Shown here: positions 31,311-40,068 of the stretch, in pieces
How the letters are laid out: every line of letters begins with the position of its first letter
How positions within the stretch are numbered: the first letter of the stretch is position 1
Assembly: GCA_023142215.1 (NCBI GenBank)
Contig: JAGLJW010000022.1
Location: 3,315 to 67,314 of the forward strand
Reading direction: 5' to 3'
Origin: Candidatus Parcubacteria bacterium
GTDB lineage: Bacteria > Patescibacteriota > Patescibacteriia > Patescibacteriales > UBA12075
Length of the DNA stretch: 64,000 nt
Program-made: the position numbers and the translations under genes
Notes under the pieces: generated by a model
Databases searched by the model: none
What the model was told of the DNA's origin: nothing
What the model saw: the letters and a program-made list of their open reading frames with translations, nothing else

Positions 31311-32240
31311 TTAATCAATAAGATCTACTTTATCAACTGTGCCAATTTCATCAACTCTTTTATAAAGAATGCTATTTATTTCTGTTGGTTCCTCTAATCT
31401 TTCTGTTTCTTTTTTATTTAATCCAAATGGATATTTATTTCCAATTTCTAATTTACCTAAATCATCTAATTCCACGTCAATTTCTTCTAAACTTTTAAAT
31501 TTATTAGAACTCAAAACATCAAGATTTAACACTTCCCGCTTATTTCCACCTTCAATTCCTTTGACAATTAAATCTTTATCTTTAAAATAATACGTATTAA
31601 TTGATAAACTTACTTGATTACCAGAAAAAGAAACTGATTGAATATCCATCAATCTTAAATTATTCTCTAACTCAGCTAGTAAACTTTTCAAACTATCATA
31701 ATCAACACCGGAAATTGATATATCCAGGTTAATTATGCCAATGTTTTCACGAATACTTTTTTGAAAATTATCTTCATCTTCACCTTGACTAGCATTAGAA
31801 ACGCCTACATCATTAATTGAAATTGAGTCAAGTATAAGTCCCATTCCTCCATGTATCTGTCCTTCAATGATTTTACCTTCAATGATTTCTTCCATCCATG
31901 GAAAAAACTTCTCAATATTTAATTTATCGGGAACAATGTTTATTATTTTTTCCTTATCCGTCCTATCAATACGTTCATAACTTTTTTTGTAACGCTCAAG
32001 ACTTAAAATATTAATACAAATATCATTCTGTTTTTTTTTCTCTGACATACTTAAAGACAATTGTTTTTCGCTTATACTGTTAAATTTTGGTTTCAAAATA
32101 AAAAAATACGAGAATACTAAAGCTATCACAAAAACAGATAAGATAAGATAACTATAATATCCAGAAAAAAACATAGCTAAGAACTTTGATATTTTTTTAT
32201 TTTTTTGAAAATTACCAATCATCTTTATAATTATTCCCAA
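31311..32240 (-). CDS. Bitopic membrane protein, PilO-like by position
   Basis: 309 aa with a single TM (YSYLILSVFVIALVFSYFFIL). It follows the PilN-like gene with a 10-nt overlap. I recognise no sequence signature. Confidence 0.3.
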   Translation of the reverse strand: MGIIIKMIGNFQKNKKISKFLAMFFSGYYSYLILSVFVIALVFSYFFILKPKFNSISEKQLSLSMSEKKKQNDICINILSLERYKKSYERIDRTDKEKIINIVPDKLNIEKFFPWMEEIIEGKIIEGQIHGGMGLILDSISINDVGVSNASQGEDEDNFQKSIRENIGIINLDISISGVDYDSLKSLLAELENNLRLMDIQSVSFSGNQVSLSINTYYFKDKDLIVKGIEGGNKREVLNLDVLSSNKFKSLEEIDVELDDLGKLEIGNKYPFGLNKKETERLEEPTEINSILYKRVDEIGTVDKVDLID

Positions 32241-33187
32241 TTTATATCTTCAACATTTACTTCTTTCTTGTTGATTATATTTTTATCTTGAATTATTTTT
32301 TCATAATCATTTATTTTTACCTCATCGTCACTTTTGTAAAAAACATTATTATCAACAACAAAATTAACAACAAAATTTACACTACTTGTAACGTCACCAT
32401 CAATATTTTTAATTTGTTCTAACTCGCCCTGTGTCGCTTCCACATCAGAAATAAACTCACCACGTCTTAACACACGTAGTTGATTAGGAATATCTTTATA
32501 TTCTGTAGCCTTAACAGTAAAATTATACTTATTATTACCTATATTTCCATTATAGGAAGCGACATCTCCATAATATACATTGTTTAAAGTATTGTCCTCT
32601 ATTTCTTTAAAAAAATTAGTCCAATAAATGTGTTTATCTAAATACAATTTCACTATTCCAGCTCTTCTTCTAAATACATCCACTTCAACAATTGATTTTT
32701 TAATTTCTTTAAATTTGTTATTTAGTTTTAAGGTTTCTTTTGATAATTTTTCAGCTTCATCACTGGCCTTTTTGGAAACACTGTTAATTCCATAATAAGA
32801 ACCTCCAACTAAAACAAAAAATATAAAAATATAAACTATTGAAATAATAATATTCTTCTGCCAATCAATATAAACTACAACTTCATTTTTAATCAAATTT
32901 GTCTGAATTACACCAGACGATCTCCATTTTTTAACTTTTTCTACTAACTTTTCTTTACGCGAACTTATTTTCTTAAAAGAAGAATCTTCCTGCACGCTAG
33001 GTGAATTCTCTTTTTTCTTCTGCTCGTTTTTTAAGCTTTCATTATAATTTTTGATATATTCCTTATTTTCTTTATTTCTTGCAAAATAATCTTGCTTTTT
33101 CCTTTTTTTTCTTTTTAAAAATCCAAAAATTCCTTTAGAATTTTTGTTTTCAATATTATTATCAACATTATTATCAATAAAATTCAT
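32231..33187 (-). CDS. Bitopic membrane protein, PilN-like by position, with a long K/E-rich cytoplasmic N-terminus
   Basis: 318 aa with a single TM (IIISIVYIFIFFVLVGGSYYGI). It lies directly downstream of pilM. Confidence 0.35.
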   Translation of the reverse strand: MNFIDNNVDNNIENKNSKGIFGFLKRKKRKKQDYFARNKENKEYIKNYNESLKNEQKKKENSPSVQEDSSFKKISSRKEKLVEKVKKWRSSGVIQTNLIKNEVVVYIDWQKNIIISIVYIFIFFVLVGGSYYGINSVSKKASDEAEKLSKETLKLNNKFKEIKKSIVEVDVFRRRAGIVKLYLDKHIYWTNFFKEIEDNTLNNVYYGDVASYNGNIGNNKYNFTVKATEYKDIPNQLRVLRRGEFISDVEATQGELEQIKNIDGDVTSSVNFVVNFVVDNNVFYKSDDEVKINDYEKIIQDKNIINKKEVNVEDINWE

Positions 33188-33211
33188 TTTTTTAGATTAT
33201 TAATAAATTTT

Positions 33212-34249
33212 CTACTTATCAAAACCTCTCATTGCTAATCCAATAGAAACAGCCATTTTAGCCCCAATCTCATTCAATAAAGGTTTTATTTCTTCTGGAC
33301 ATAATACTCTCGCCCACGGATTACCTATAATAACATTAATATCAAGCTCACTGCTTAAATAGTCAACCAAGCCAGATAATAATGAAGAACCACCAGATAA
33401 AATAATTTTTTCAACTTTTTTATCTCCCTTTTCAAAAAGTTCTATAGCGTATCTTATTTCATTTACTACAGGACTAATAGTATCTTTAATTGTTTGCGGA
33501 ATAACATCAGAGCTAGAATCCATTGAATTAATCCCGAGATCATATTTAAATTGTTCTGCTCGTTCTAGACCAATATTCAAATTATTTTGAATAGCTCTTG
33601 TTATTGTCTCACCTCCTGTATCAATACTTCTTGAAAAAACAGGAATACCATTATCAACTATTGAAACATCGCTAGTCGTAGCACCAATTTCAACTAAAGC
33701 AATTGAAGATTCATCATTACCAACAATTGACCGAACCAAAGAAAAAGTCTCTGTTTCTAAAAACAATAAATTCATTTTAGCCTCTTTGAAAATTTCCATC
33801 TGTTTATTAACCAAAGATCTTGGGGCTCCAATTAATAATATTCTATTACCCTTTTCATCTGAATTATTTTTCAATTCTCGCCAATCAATACTCATTTCTT
33901 CAAGTGGAAGTGGAATTACTTTTTTCGCCTCCCAGTGAACTGCTGAATCAAAATCTTTTTTTGGAATATCAGGAAGATTAATGATGGAAGAAAAAACTGA
34001 AAAAGTTGGCAAAGCAGAAACTACATTTCGAGATTTAATCCCAGATCTGCCACAAATTTCATTAATTATTTTGGCTATATATTTAACATCATTCTTCCAA
34101 TCAATATTATTATTGCTAATGTTTTCACTAAAACCATAACTAACAAGTTTTGGTCTTGATCTTTCTTTTTTTAATTCCACAATTTTTATTCCGCTTGTAC
34201 CAATATCAATACCAACATAACTTGTAGATGTTGAAGAAAAAAAACCCAT
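33212..34249 (-). CDS. pilM: Type IV pilus assembly protein PilM (actin-like ATPase fold)
   Basis: VGIDIGTSGIKIVEL, IGATTSDVSIV and LSGGSSLLSGL. Confidence 0.85.
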   Translation of the reverse strand: MGFFSSTSTSYVGIDIGTSGIKIVELKKERSRPKLVSYGFSENISNNNIDWKNDVKYIAKIINEICGRSGIKSRNVVSALPTFSVFSSIINLPDIPKKDFDSAVHWEAKKVIPLPLEEMSIDWRELKNNSDEKGNRILLIGAPRSLVNKQMEIFKEAKMNLLFLETETFSLVRSIVGNDESSIALVEIGATTSDVSIVDNGIPVFSRSIDTGGETITRAIQNNLNIGLERAEQFKYDLGINSMDSSSDVIPQTIKDTISPVVNEIRYAIELFEKGDKKVEKIILSGGSSLLSGLVDYLSSELDINVIIGNPWARVLCPEEIKPLLNEIGAKMAVSIGLAMRGFDK

Positions 34250-34256
34250 AAAAATT

Positions 34257-34284
34257 TTGAGTTTATATTATTTTGAGTTATAAT
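34257..34284 (+). promoter_or_regulatory. Candidate sigma70-type promoter for the TolB-like/comFC unit
   Basis: TTGAGT (34257-34262), 16-nt spacer, TATAAT (34279-34284). It lies 50 nt upstream of the ATG at 34335. Confidence 0.4.
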
Positions 34285-34334
34285 ATAAATATTAAGTTAT
34301 TCACATATTTATTTATTTATAATTATAACACAAA

Positions 34335-35579
34335 ATGAACTTTTTTACCAAATACAAAAAAATCTTTTTAATCATTGGTTTCGTTATCATCTCAGTCGCA
34401 TGGGGCTATATATTATACATCCTATTCTTCAAAACTGCTGACATTACTCCAACAGAAAAATCAAAAGATGATTCTGAATTTATCAGTAATTTACCAAATG
34501 CTGCTGATGGATCTGGAAATATAATTCCCGATAAATCCGATATAGCTAAACCATCATTTACAACAACACCTATTAAAGAACAAGAGCCTGATAGAGTTGC
34601 TAGAGGTAAAGAAACAGAAATAACCAAATTAAACGATAGTCCATCCATTGGCATTACTATTGATAAATATGGATCAAAAATTCAATATTACAATCAGGAT
34701 GACAAAAAATTCTATACTGTTGATAAAAAAGGAAATATTAAAAAATTATCAGACAAAGTCTTTCATGATGTTGAAAAAATAATTTGGTCACCTGCAAAAG
34801 ATAAAGCTATACTAGAATATCCAGATGGATCTAACATCGTTTACAATTTTGAAACAGATAAACAAGTAACTCTTCCAAAACATTGGGAAAATTTTAGTTT
34901 TTCAGCAAACGGCGACAAACTAGTTATGAAAAGTATTGGTCTTGGAAATGAAAATAAATGGTTAGCAATTACAAATGATGATGGATCAAAAAGTAAAAAA
35001 ATTGAACCAATCGGTGTTAATGCAGACAAGGTAATACCATCTTGGTCGCCGAACAATCAATCTATTGCTATGTATATTGAAGGAAAAGATTTTAATCGTC
35101 AAGAAGTTTATTTTGTAGGATTAAATGGAGAAAATTTTAAATCAACAATAATTGAAGGAAGAGGATTTGAACCACTTTGGGCACCCAACGGCGATAGACT
35201 ACTTTACAGTGTATATTCAACAGACAATAATTTGAAACCAAAACTCTGGATTGTTGATGCCCAAGGCGAGTCAATCGGCAACAGAAGAACAGATCTTAAC
35301 ATGGAAACATGGGCACATAAATGTACTTTCTCAGGATCCCATTCTTTGTACTGTGCCGTGCCTGAATCCTTAGAGGAGGGAGCAGGAGTTTTCCCAGAAT
35401 TATCTGAGCATACTAATGATAGACTTTATAAAATAGATACAAATACTGGCATAAAAAAGTTAATTGCTATTCCTGATGGTGAGTATAATATCTCAAAACT
35501 AATTATTTCAGATGGCGAAAGAGAAGCATTCTTCACAGATGCCAAAACTCAAACAATTCATAAAATTCGGTTAAAATAA
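34335..35579 (+). CDS. Membrane-anchored TolB-like beta-propeller (PD40/WD40-like repeats)
   Basis: N-terminal TM. Repeated motifs: WSPAKDKAILEY, FSANGDKLVMKS, PSWSPNNQSIAMY and LWAPNGDRLLYS. Confidence 0.6.
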   Translation: MNFFTKYKKIFLIIGFVIISVAWGYILYILFFKTADITPTEKSKDDSEFISNLPNAADGSGNIIPDKSDIAKPSFTTTPIKEQEPDRVARGKETEITKLNDSPSIGITIDKYGSKIQYYNQDDKKFYTVDKKGNIKKLSDKVFHDVEKIIWSPAKDKAILEYPDGSNIVYNFETDKQVTLPKHWENFSFSANGDKLVMKSIGLGNENKWLAITNDDGSKSKKIEPIGVNADKVIPSWSPNNQSIAMYIEGKDFNRQEVYFVGLNGENFKSTIIEGRGFEPLWAPNGDRLLYSVYSTDNNLKPKLWIVDAQGESIGNRRTDLNMETWAHKCTFSGSHSLYCAVPESLEEGAGVFPELSEHTNDRLYKIDTNTGIKKLIAIPDGEYNISKLIISDGEREAFFTDAKTQTIHKIRLK

Positions 35580-35610
35580 AATTAGCAAAAAGACTAAAAT
35601 TTCACTCGCA

Positions 35611-36399
35611 ATGGTATTTGGCAACAATCTCAAGACAATGGCTTATAAATCATTAATAATAAAATTAAAAAATCACACTAAAATATTGTGTGATTTTTTA
35701 ACTGATATTTTATTTCCGATTACTTGTATAGAGTGTAATAAAAAGAATGTTTGGTTTTGTGATAGTTGTTTTAATAAATTAAAACTAAATCTTAATCAAA
35801 AATGTTTAATCTGTAATCGTAAAAGTGAATATGGAAAAATTTGTAAGTCACATAAAAAATATTTAACAGGAGTTTTAATAGCTAGTGAATACAAAAACAA
35901 AACTTTAAGAAATATAATTAAAACATTTAAATATAATTTTATTACTGATCTCCGTTATCCACTCTCAAAATTTCTTTCCATCTTCTTGCTTCACCAAATC
36001 AGAAAAACCGAAATAGACAATACTTCCCCATTAAATTTTTTATTAGAAAAAGATACAATTTTTATCCCAATTCCTCTTCATAAAAAACGCCTACGGTGGC
36101 GACAATTCAATCAAGCTGAATTATTACTAAATATGTTTACAAATCATTTACCAATAAACACTAATACTGAAAATTTAATCAGAATTAAATATCAAAAACC
36201 ACAAGCCAAACTTAAAAAACATAAAAGACAGCAAAATATTAAAAATAGCTTTTTGTGGAATGGAGAAAATTTAAAAGATAAAACTATCATTTTAATTGAT
36301 GATGTAGTTACGTCTGGATCAACATTGGAAGAATGTGCAAAAATTTTAAAAAATAATAATGCTAAAAAAATTTGGGGATTGGTTTTGGCTAAAGGTTAA
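35611..36399 (+). CDS. comFC: ComF-family phosphoribosyltransferase-domain competence protein
   Basis: N-terminal Cys4 (CIECNKK...CDSCFNKL) and C-terminal PRTase motif IILIDDVVTSGSTLEE. Confidence 0.8.
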   Translation: MVFGNNLKTMAYKSLIIKLKNHTKILCDFLTDILFPITCIECNKKNVWFCDSCFNKLKLNLNQKCLICNRKSEYGKICKSHKKYLTGVLIASEYKNKTLRNIIKTFKYNFITDLRYPLSKFLSIFLLHQIRKTEIDNTSPLNFLLEKDTIFIPIPLHKKRLRWRQFNQAELLLNMFTNHLPINTNTENLIRIKYQKPQAKLKKHKRQQNIKNSFLWNGENLKDKTIILIDDVVTSGSTLEECAKILKNNNAKKIWGLVLAKG

Positions 36400-36504
36400 A
36401 ATAAATCAAAAAACCTATCATATATACAATTTTATTTGTGGATAACTTTTTTATTTTATAATATTTTTCAACAATTTGATAGAATCTAAACTAATATTAG
36501 TCAT

Positions 36505-36533
36505 TTGACATATTATTTGTGTATGCTATTATA
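36505..36533 (+). promoter_or_regulatory. Near-consensus sigma70-type promoter in an intergenic region
   Basis: TTGACA (36505-36510), 17-nt spacer, ATTATA (36528-36533). TATTAT with a 16-nt spacer is an alternative. The predicted start coincides with the foot of the long hairpin. Confidence 0.5.
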
Positions 36534-36538
36534 TTAAT

Positions 36539-36706
36539 AAGGATTGAGAGTTGATTAAAGTTTTACGGGAATAGAGTTTAGAGCTGATGAGTATAGTTTT
36601 GCTTCTTACTTAAAGAATTAAAACCATACTCACCAACAAAAAACTCTATACACAAACCCAAACAAAACTTCAACCAACACAAACACTCAATCCTTTTTTC
36701 TTTTTT
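36539..36706 (+). ncRNA. Candidate structured sRNA: rod-like imperfect hairpin of about 155 nt plus U-tract (6S-RNA-like architecture)
   Basis: Hand-folded helices: 36539-48/36686-95 (10 bp), 36558-64/36664-70 (7 bp), 36567-69/36657-59, 36571-79/36641-49 (9 bp), and 36589-600/36620-31 (11 of 12). An internal loop lies at 36580-88/36632-40. The apical stem is TTCTT/AAGAA. TTTTTTCTTTTTT follows. Confidence 0.35.
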
Positions 36707-36721
36707 AAAAAGTTTTATAAT

Positions 36722-36750
36722 AAAAAAGGCTCATGTAAGCCTTTTTTTTT
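36722..36750. terminator. Bidirectional intrinsic terminator-like hairpin
   Basis: AAAAAAGGCT-CATGTA-AGCCTTTTTTTTT: a 6-bp GC-containing stem flanked by an A-tract and a T-tract. Confidence 0.5.
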
Positions 36751-36859
36751 GTATGTTACTCTCCTATAAAATTGAATGTTGGTATTATTTTAAAAATTTA
36801 ATATCATTTCCAAAACATGAAAAAAAATAAAATTCACTGAATCTAAAAAAGTATTGAGA

Positions 36860-37480
36860 CTAATTATTTTTTTGTGATAATTTTGGATTTATAAGTTCTA
36901 AAACTTTTGGAATTCTTTTGAAATCCTTAATTAAAACTTCTCGCATTGAACCGTTATAAAGTGCTGCTGCTGGATGATATAGAACATAAAAAATCTGTTC
37001 ATCTGGCAATGAATCCTGTTTACTTGATTTAGAAAATTCTCTACGCAAAGCTTTTCCGTGAACTTCAGATATTCTTTGACCTGGCAAAAATTTTTCCAAA
37101 GAGTGTCTTCCTAAAGTAATAATAAGATCTGGTTTAATAAGATTTATCTGCTTTTCTAACCATGCCCAACAAATATCTTTTTCCTTTGGAAGCGGATCTC
37201 TATTACTGGGCGGACGGCATTTCACCATATTAGCTATATAAATATCTTCTCTTTTTAATTTTATAATTGAAAGCATTTCATCAAGAAATTTTCCAGCCGC
37301 TCCCACAAAAGGTTTGCCAGTTTCATCTTCCTTTTTCCCTGGACCTTCTCCAATAAAAACAATCCTAGCATCTGCCGAACCCTCTCCTGGGACCACTTGA
37401 TTACAAGTCTTTCTTAATTCACATTTAGAGCAAGACAACATTTCTTTATTTAATTTTTCAAGCTCTTCTGTTTTGTTCAT
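36860..37480 (-). CDS. Uracil-DNA glycosylase, family 4
   Basis: CSKCELRKTC, VPGEGSADARIVFIGEGPGKKEDETGKPFVGAAG, and YHPAAALY. Confidence 0.85.
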   Translation of the reverse strand: MNKTEELEKLNKEMLSCSKCELRKTCNQVVPGEGSADARIVFIGEGPGKKEDETGKPFVGAAGKFLDEMLSIIKLKREDIYIANMVKCRPPSNRDPLPKEKDICWAWLEKQINLIKPDLIITLGRHSLEKFLPGQRISEVHGKALRREFSKSSKQDSLPDEQIFYVLYHPAAALYNGSMREVLIKDFKRIPKVLELINPKLSQKNN

Positions 37481-37547
37481 AGAATTTTAAAATTTAAGTA
37501 TTAATTATTTAATATTTAACATTTAACCAATATTCAAACAATTTTTA

Positions 37548-37823
37548 GTAACTGCTCACTGACCTTAAGGTGTCATTCCCCGATCAAGTCAAGGACAGGC
37601 TCTGAGCGATAGCCAAAGGATCCCGATAATTATGCAACATTGCATCAACAACGGGATTCTTCAACTACACTGCGTTTCGTTCAGAATGACAATTTCCTGT
37701 GTCATCCTGGAGCTAGAGCGATAGGATCCCATAAATTACGCGACATTGTATAATCAATAAAATTCTATCACTACGCATTCGCTCCGTTCCAGAATGACAC
37801 CTTTGCAGTCAGTGAGGAGTTAC
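37548..37823. mobile_element. Non-autonomous MITE-like element (276 bp) with 16-bp terminal inverted repeats and an 8-bp target-site duplication
   Basis: TIRs: GTAACTGCTCACTGAC (37548-63) and GTCAGTGAGGAGTTAC (37808-23), matching 15 of 16. AATTTTTA flanks both ends directly (37540-47 and 37824-31). The interior has four GTCAT(T/C)C...GAT(A/C)C-type units in alternating orientation and is visibly GC-richer than the flanks. Confidence 0.6.
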
Positions 37824-37834
37824 AATTTTTACTA

Positions 37835-37861
37835 TTGACTTTTGTAAAATTATGTTATAAT
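37835..37861 (+). promoter_or_regulatory. Orphan promoter with extended -10 (TGTTATAAT)
   Basis: TTGACT (37835-40), 15-nt spacer, TG-T-TATAAT (37853-61). No ORF lies downstream. A T9 run lies at about 37915-37923. Confidence 0.3.
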
Positions 37862-38043
37862 ATATAAATATTAAGACGAAAAGGGTCCCTGCAATCGCGA
37901 GATTAATGGCCTCCTTTTTTTTATTTAAATTCAATACGATGTTTTATATTAACAAGGTAATCAAAGTATTTTCTTGTTATTTTTTTATACAAAGACGATG
38001 CAAAATAGACAAATGAACAATAATTAATAAAACAGAAAAAGAA

Positions 38044-38289
38044 TTATAATTTTTTCTTAATGTCTTCCCAAGTTACTTGAGTAATTGTCTCAATTTCTTT
38101 TAAAAGATATTTTAAAACATTTTTACTAATTTTACCTTGTATGACTATTGATTTTTGATTCTTTTCAAATGTAGCTTTTATATGACTTCCCTTGCCTCCC
38201 TTTTTACTAACACTAAAACCCAAACTAGTTAATGCCTTAACTAGTTTATCCCTATTTAATTCACTTGGTAATTCACTAAACGATGGCAT
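38044..38289 (-). CDS. hicA: HicA-family (YcfA-like) mRNA interferase toxin
   Basis: From the Met at 38289: MPSFSELPSELNRDKLVKALTSLGFSVSKKGGKGSHIKATF, which fits the LVKAL..GF...GSH pattern. The ORF-track N-terminal extension overlaps the antitoxin and is probably not translated. Confidence 0.6.
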   Translation of the reverse strand: MPSFSELPSELNRDKLVKALTSLGFSVSKKGGKGSHIKATFEKNQKSIVIQGKISKNVLKYLLKEIETITQVTWEDIKKKL

Positions 38290-38593
38290 ACTGATGTTGC
38301 ACTTGCCCAACCTTATGCAAACCTGCCATCTTTTTATAAGAAGATGGCACTTCAAAGGATGTTAAAATAGCATCTTCTATATTTTTATCTAATTCTTCTT
38401 GAGTTTTAGCAGATGTAATAATTGAACCATGTCTAAAATTTGTACTAATAGCAATTATTTCACCGTCCTCCTTTTTAAATTCAAAATTAATAGGCTCATT
38501 AAACCTAAAATATTTTTTTAATTCCAAGTACTCAACAGGAACAGAATTACCGTTCAGCAATTTCACCAAATGATCTTTTACTTGTTTTAACAT
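38276..38593 (-). CDS. hicB: HicB-like antitoxin (UPF0150-type N-terminal domain only)
   Basis: ISTNFRHGSIITSAKTQEELDKNIEDAILTSFE fits the HicB G..t.G.T.eEa..n..eAi pattern. It has a 14-nt overlap with hicA. No RHH/HTH tail is visible. Confidence 0.5.
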   Translation of the reverse strand: MLKQVKDHLVKLLNGNSVPVEYLELKKYFRFNEPINFEFKKEDGEIIAISTNFRHGSIITSAKTQEELDKNIEDAILTSFEVPSSYKKMAGLHKVGQVQHQYAIV

Positions 38594-38842
38594 ATTATTT
38601 AATATTAACTATATTGAATTAATACTTTAATACACATCTTATTGTATGTCAATATTATAACACAAATAGAACAAAAGATAAAAATTGTAAGTGTGGATAT
38701 ATAAATGAAATAGATTTAATAAAACAACCACAAAAATGTATTGATAAAATAGATATTAAAAAAAACGCCTATGAAAAACAAAATAAAATCTGATATAAGG
38801 CGGTTTAAAAAATTTCAAAGCATGGTAACAGATAAAAATAAC

Positions 38843-38869
38843 AATATCGACGTGAATGACGTCGATATT
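38843..38869 (-). terminator. Perfect 11-bp inverted repeat (AATATCGACGT-GAATG-ACGTCGATATT), possible terminator of the KAP operon
   Basis: Read directly. On the minus strand it is followed by GTTATTTTTATC. It lies about 400 nt downstream of the last operon gene. Confidence 0.3.
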
Positions 38870-39264
38870 AGAAACTATGCTAAAATTTTTATTAAAAGAG
38901 GAAGAAATTGAAAAAAAAGAAAATTGCTTAATTGTTTGAATGGTAAAATATTGCTTGAAAACAAAAATATCCAAATTAAAAAAAATTAAAAAGGAATATT
39001 TTCTACTTTAATTTCTTCCACATCGTTTTTATCTTCATCTTCACAATCTTCATAATCATCAACATCTTCATTAGTTATTTCAGCCGAATATCTATTAATT
39101 GCTTCTTTGTATAGTTCTATCAACCTCTCTTTTGAATCGTCCTTTATCACTTAAAAATTGGTCAAATTTATTGTATATATTTTCATATATTATCTAAATA
39201 TATGCAAATTTAAATAGATTGGTTTCACAAATCACAATATGTTGATATTGATTAATTGTTAATA

Positions 39265-40026
39265 CTAACGGTTAGCTTTTCCAACGAAATTTGTAAATTT
39301 TCTACTTTCAACTAAAACAGGCATATCCTCCAATTTTTCCAATAATGCACCTTTTAAACAATAACCTGAACCAAATAAATTTGTATCACACCAATGCGTT
39401 CTAGGATTTTGAATACGCTCTCTATGAACAACTTCTGGCACCCAATTTGTATTTATCCATCCATGTCTTAATAACGCCAAAGTAAGATCTTCAGACTCAT
39501 CATAAGCAACAATTAACAAAAAAAGAGCTGACAAACTTTTTAGTATATTATAAAAATTGGCATCTTTATAATTATCTAGTCTATTATGTTTAAGTTTATT
39601 ATAAACAGTCCACCATTCTTCTTTTTCTCTATAATCTTTATACGGTGTTATTATACAATTTGGATAAACAGAATAGATATATAAAATAACCTGATATTTC
39701 TCTAATTCTAATTGATTAAAAATATTCAATTCAAAATCGATTATATTTAATGATGTTATTTTTCTTTCAATTTGTTTGCCCTTTTCATCTAAAACTTTTG
39801 CCTTTCTTTTTATTCCAACTTTTCCTTGTCCTAAAATATATCTAGACATTGAATCTATTAAACCGCATATATCCAGAAATAAACTAACTAATTCTGGCGA
39901 CCAAACGTTTTTATTAATTTCATTATATGGTATTACTTTTAAAAAATTCAAAAGCCTTTCTTCAAAATCATTATAACTTGAAAAAACAAATTCTATATCT
40001 TCTGGCTTCCAAAGTTTTTTACGCAT
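39265..40026 (-). CDS. Hypothetical protein (third gene of the KAP-NTPase operon)
   Basis: 253-aa ORF lying 42 nt downstream of the 106-aa gene. It has a conspicuous EEWWTVYNKLKHNRLDNYKDANFYNILKSLSALFLL block, which I cannot assign to a family with confidence. Confidence 0.55.
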   Translation of the reverse strand: MRKKLWKPEDIEFVFSSYNDFEERLLNFLKVIPYNEINKNVWSPELVSLFLDICGLIDSMSRYILGQGKVGIKRKAKVLDEKGKQIERKITSLNIIDFELNIFNQLELEKYQVILYIYSVYPNCIITPYKDYREKEEWWTVYNKLKHNRLDNYKDANFYNILKSLSALFLLIVAYDESEDLTLALLRHGWINTNWVPEVVHRERIQNPRTHWCDTNLFGSGYCLKGALLEKLEDMPVLVESRKFTNFVGKANR

Positions 40027-40068
40027 ACTACTTTTTACTTTTAATTATTATATAAACAATTACTATAA

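Noticed and set aside
38756-38974. A 72-aa minus-strand ORF in the hicB/KAP-operon spacer. A 46-aa plus-strand ORF at 38771-38911 was also considered.
   Set aside because: Both have AT-rich, low-complexity translations with no SD-like sequence. They overlap each other and a perfect 11-bp palindrome. The region is more likely non-coding.
38986-39150. A possible 54-aa acidic ORF starting at GTG (VIKDDSKERLIELYKEAINRYSAEITNEDVDDYEDCEDEDKNDVEEIKVENIPF) downstream of the 253-aa gene.
   Set aside because: It has no ATG and no recognisable ribosome-binding site, and the GTG directly follows an in-frame stop. It reads like a plausible antitoxin- or immunity-like peptide, so it is worth a look, but it is not supportable as a feature.
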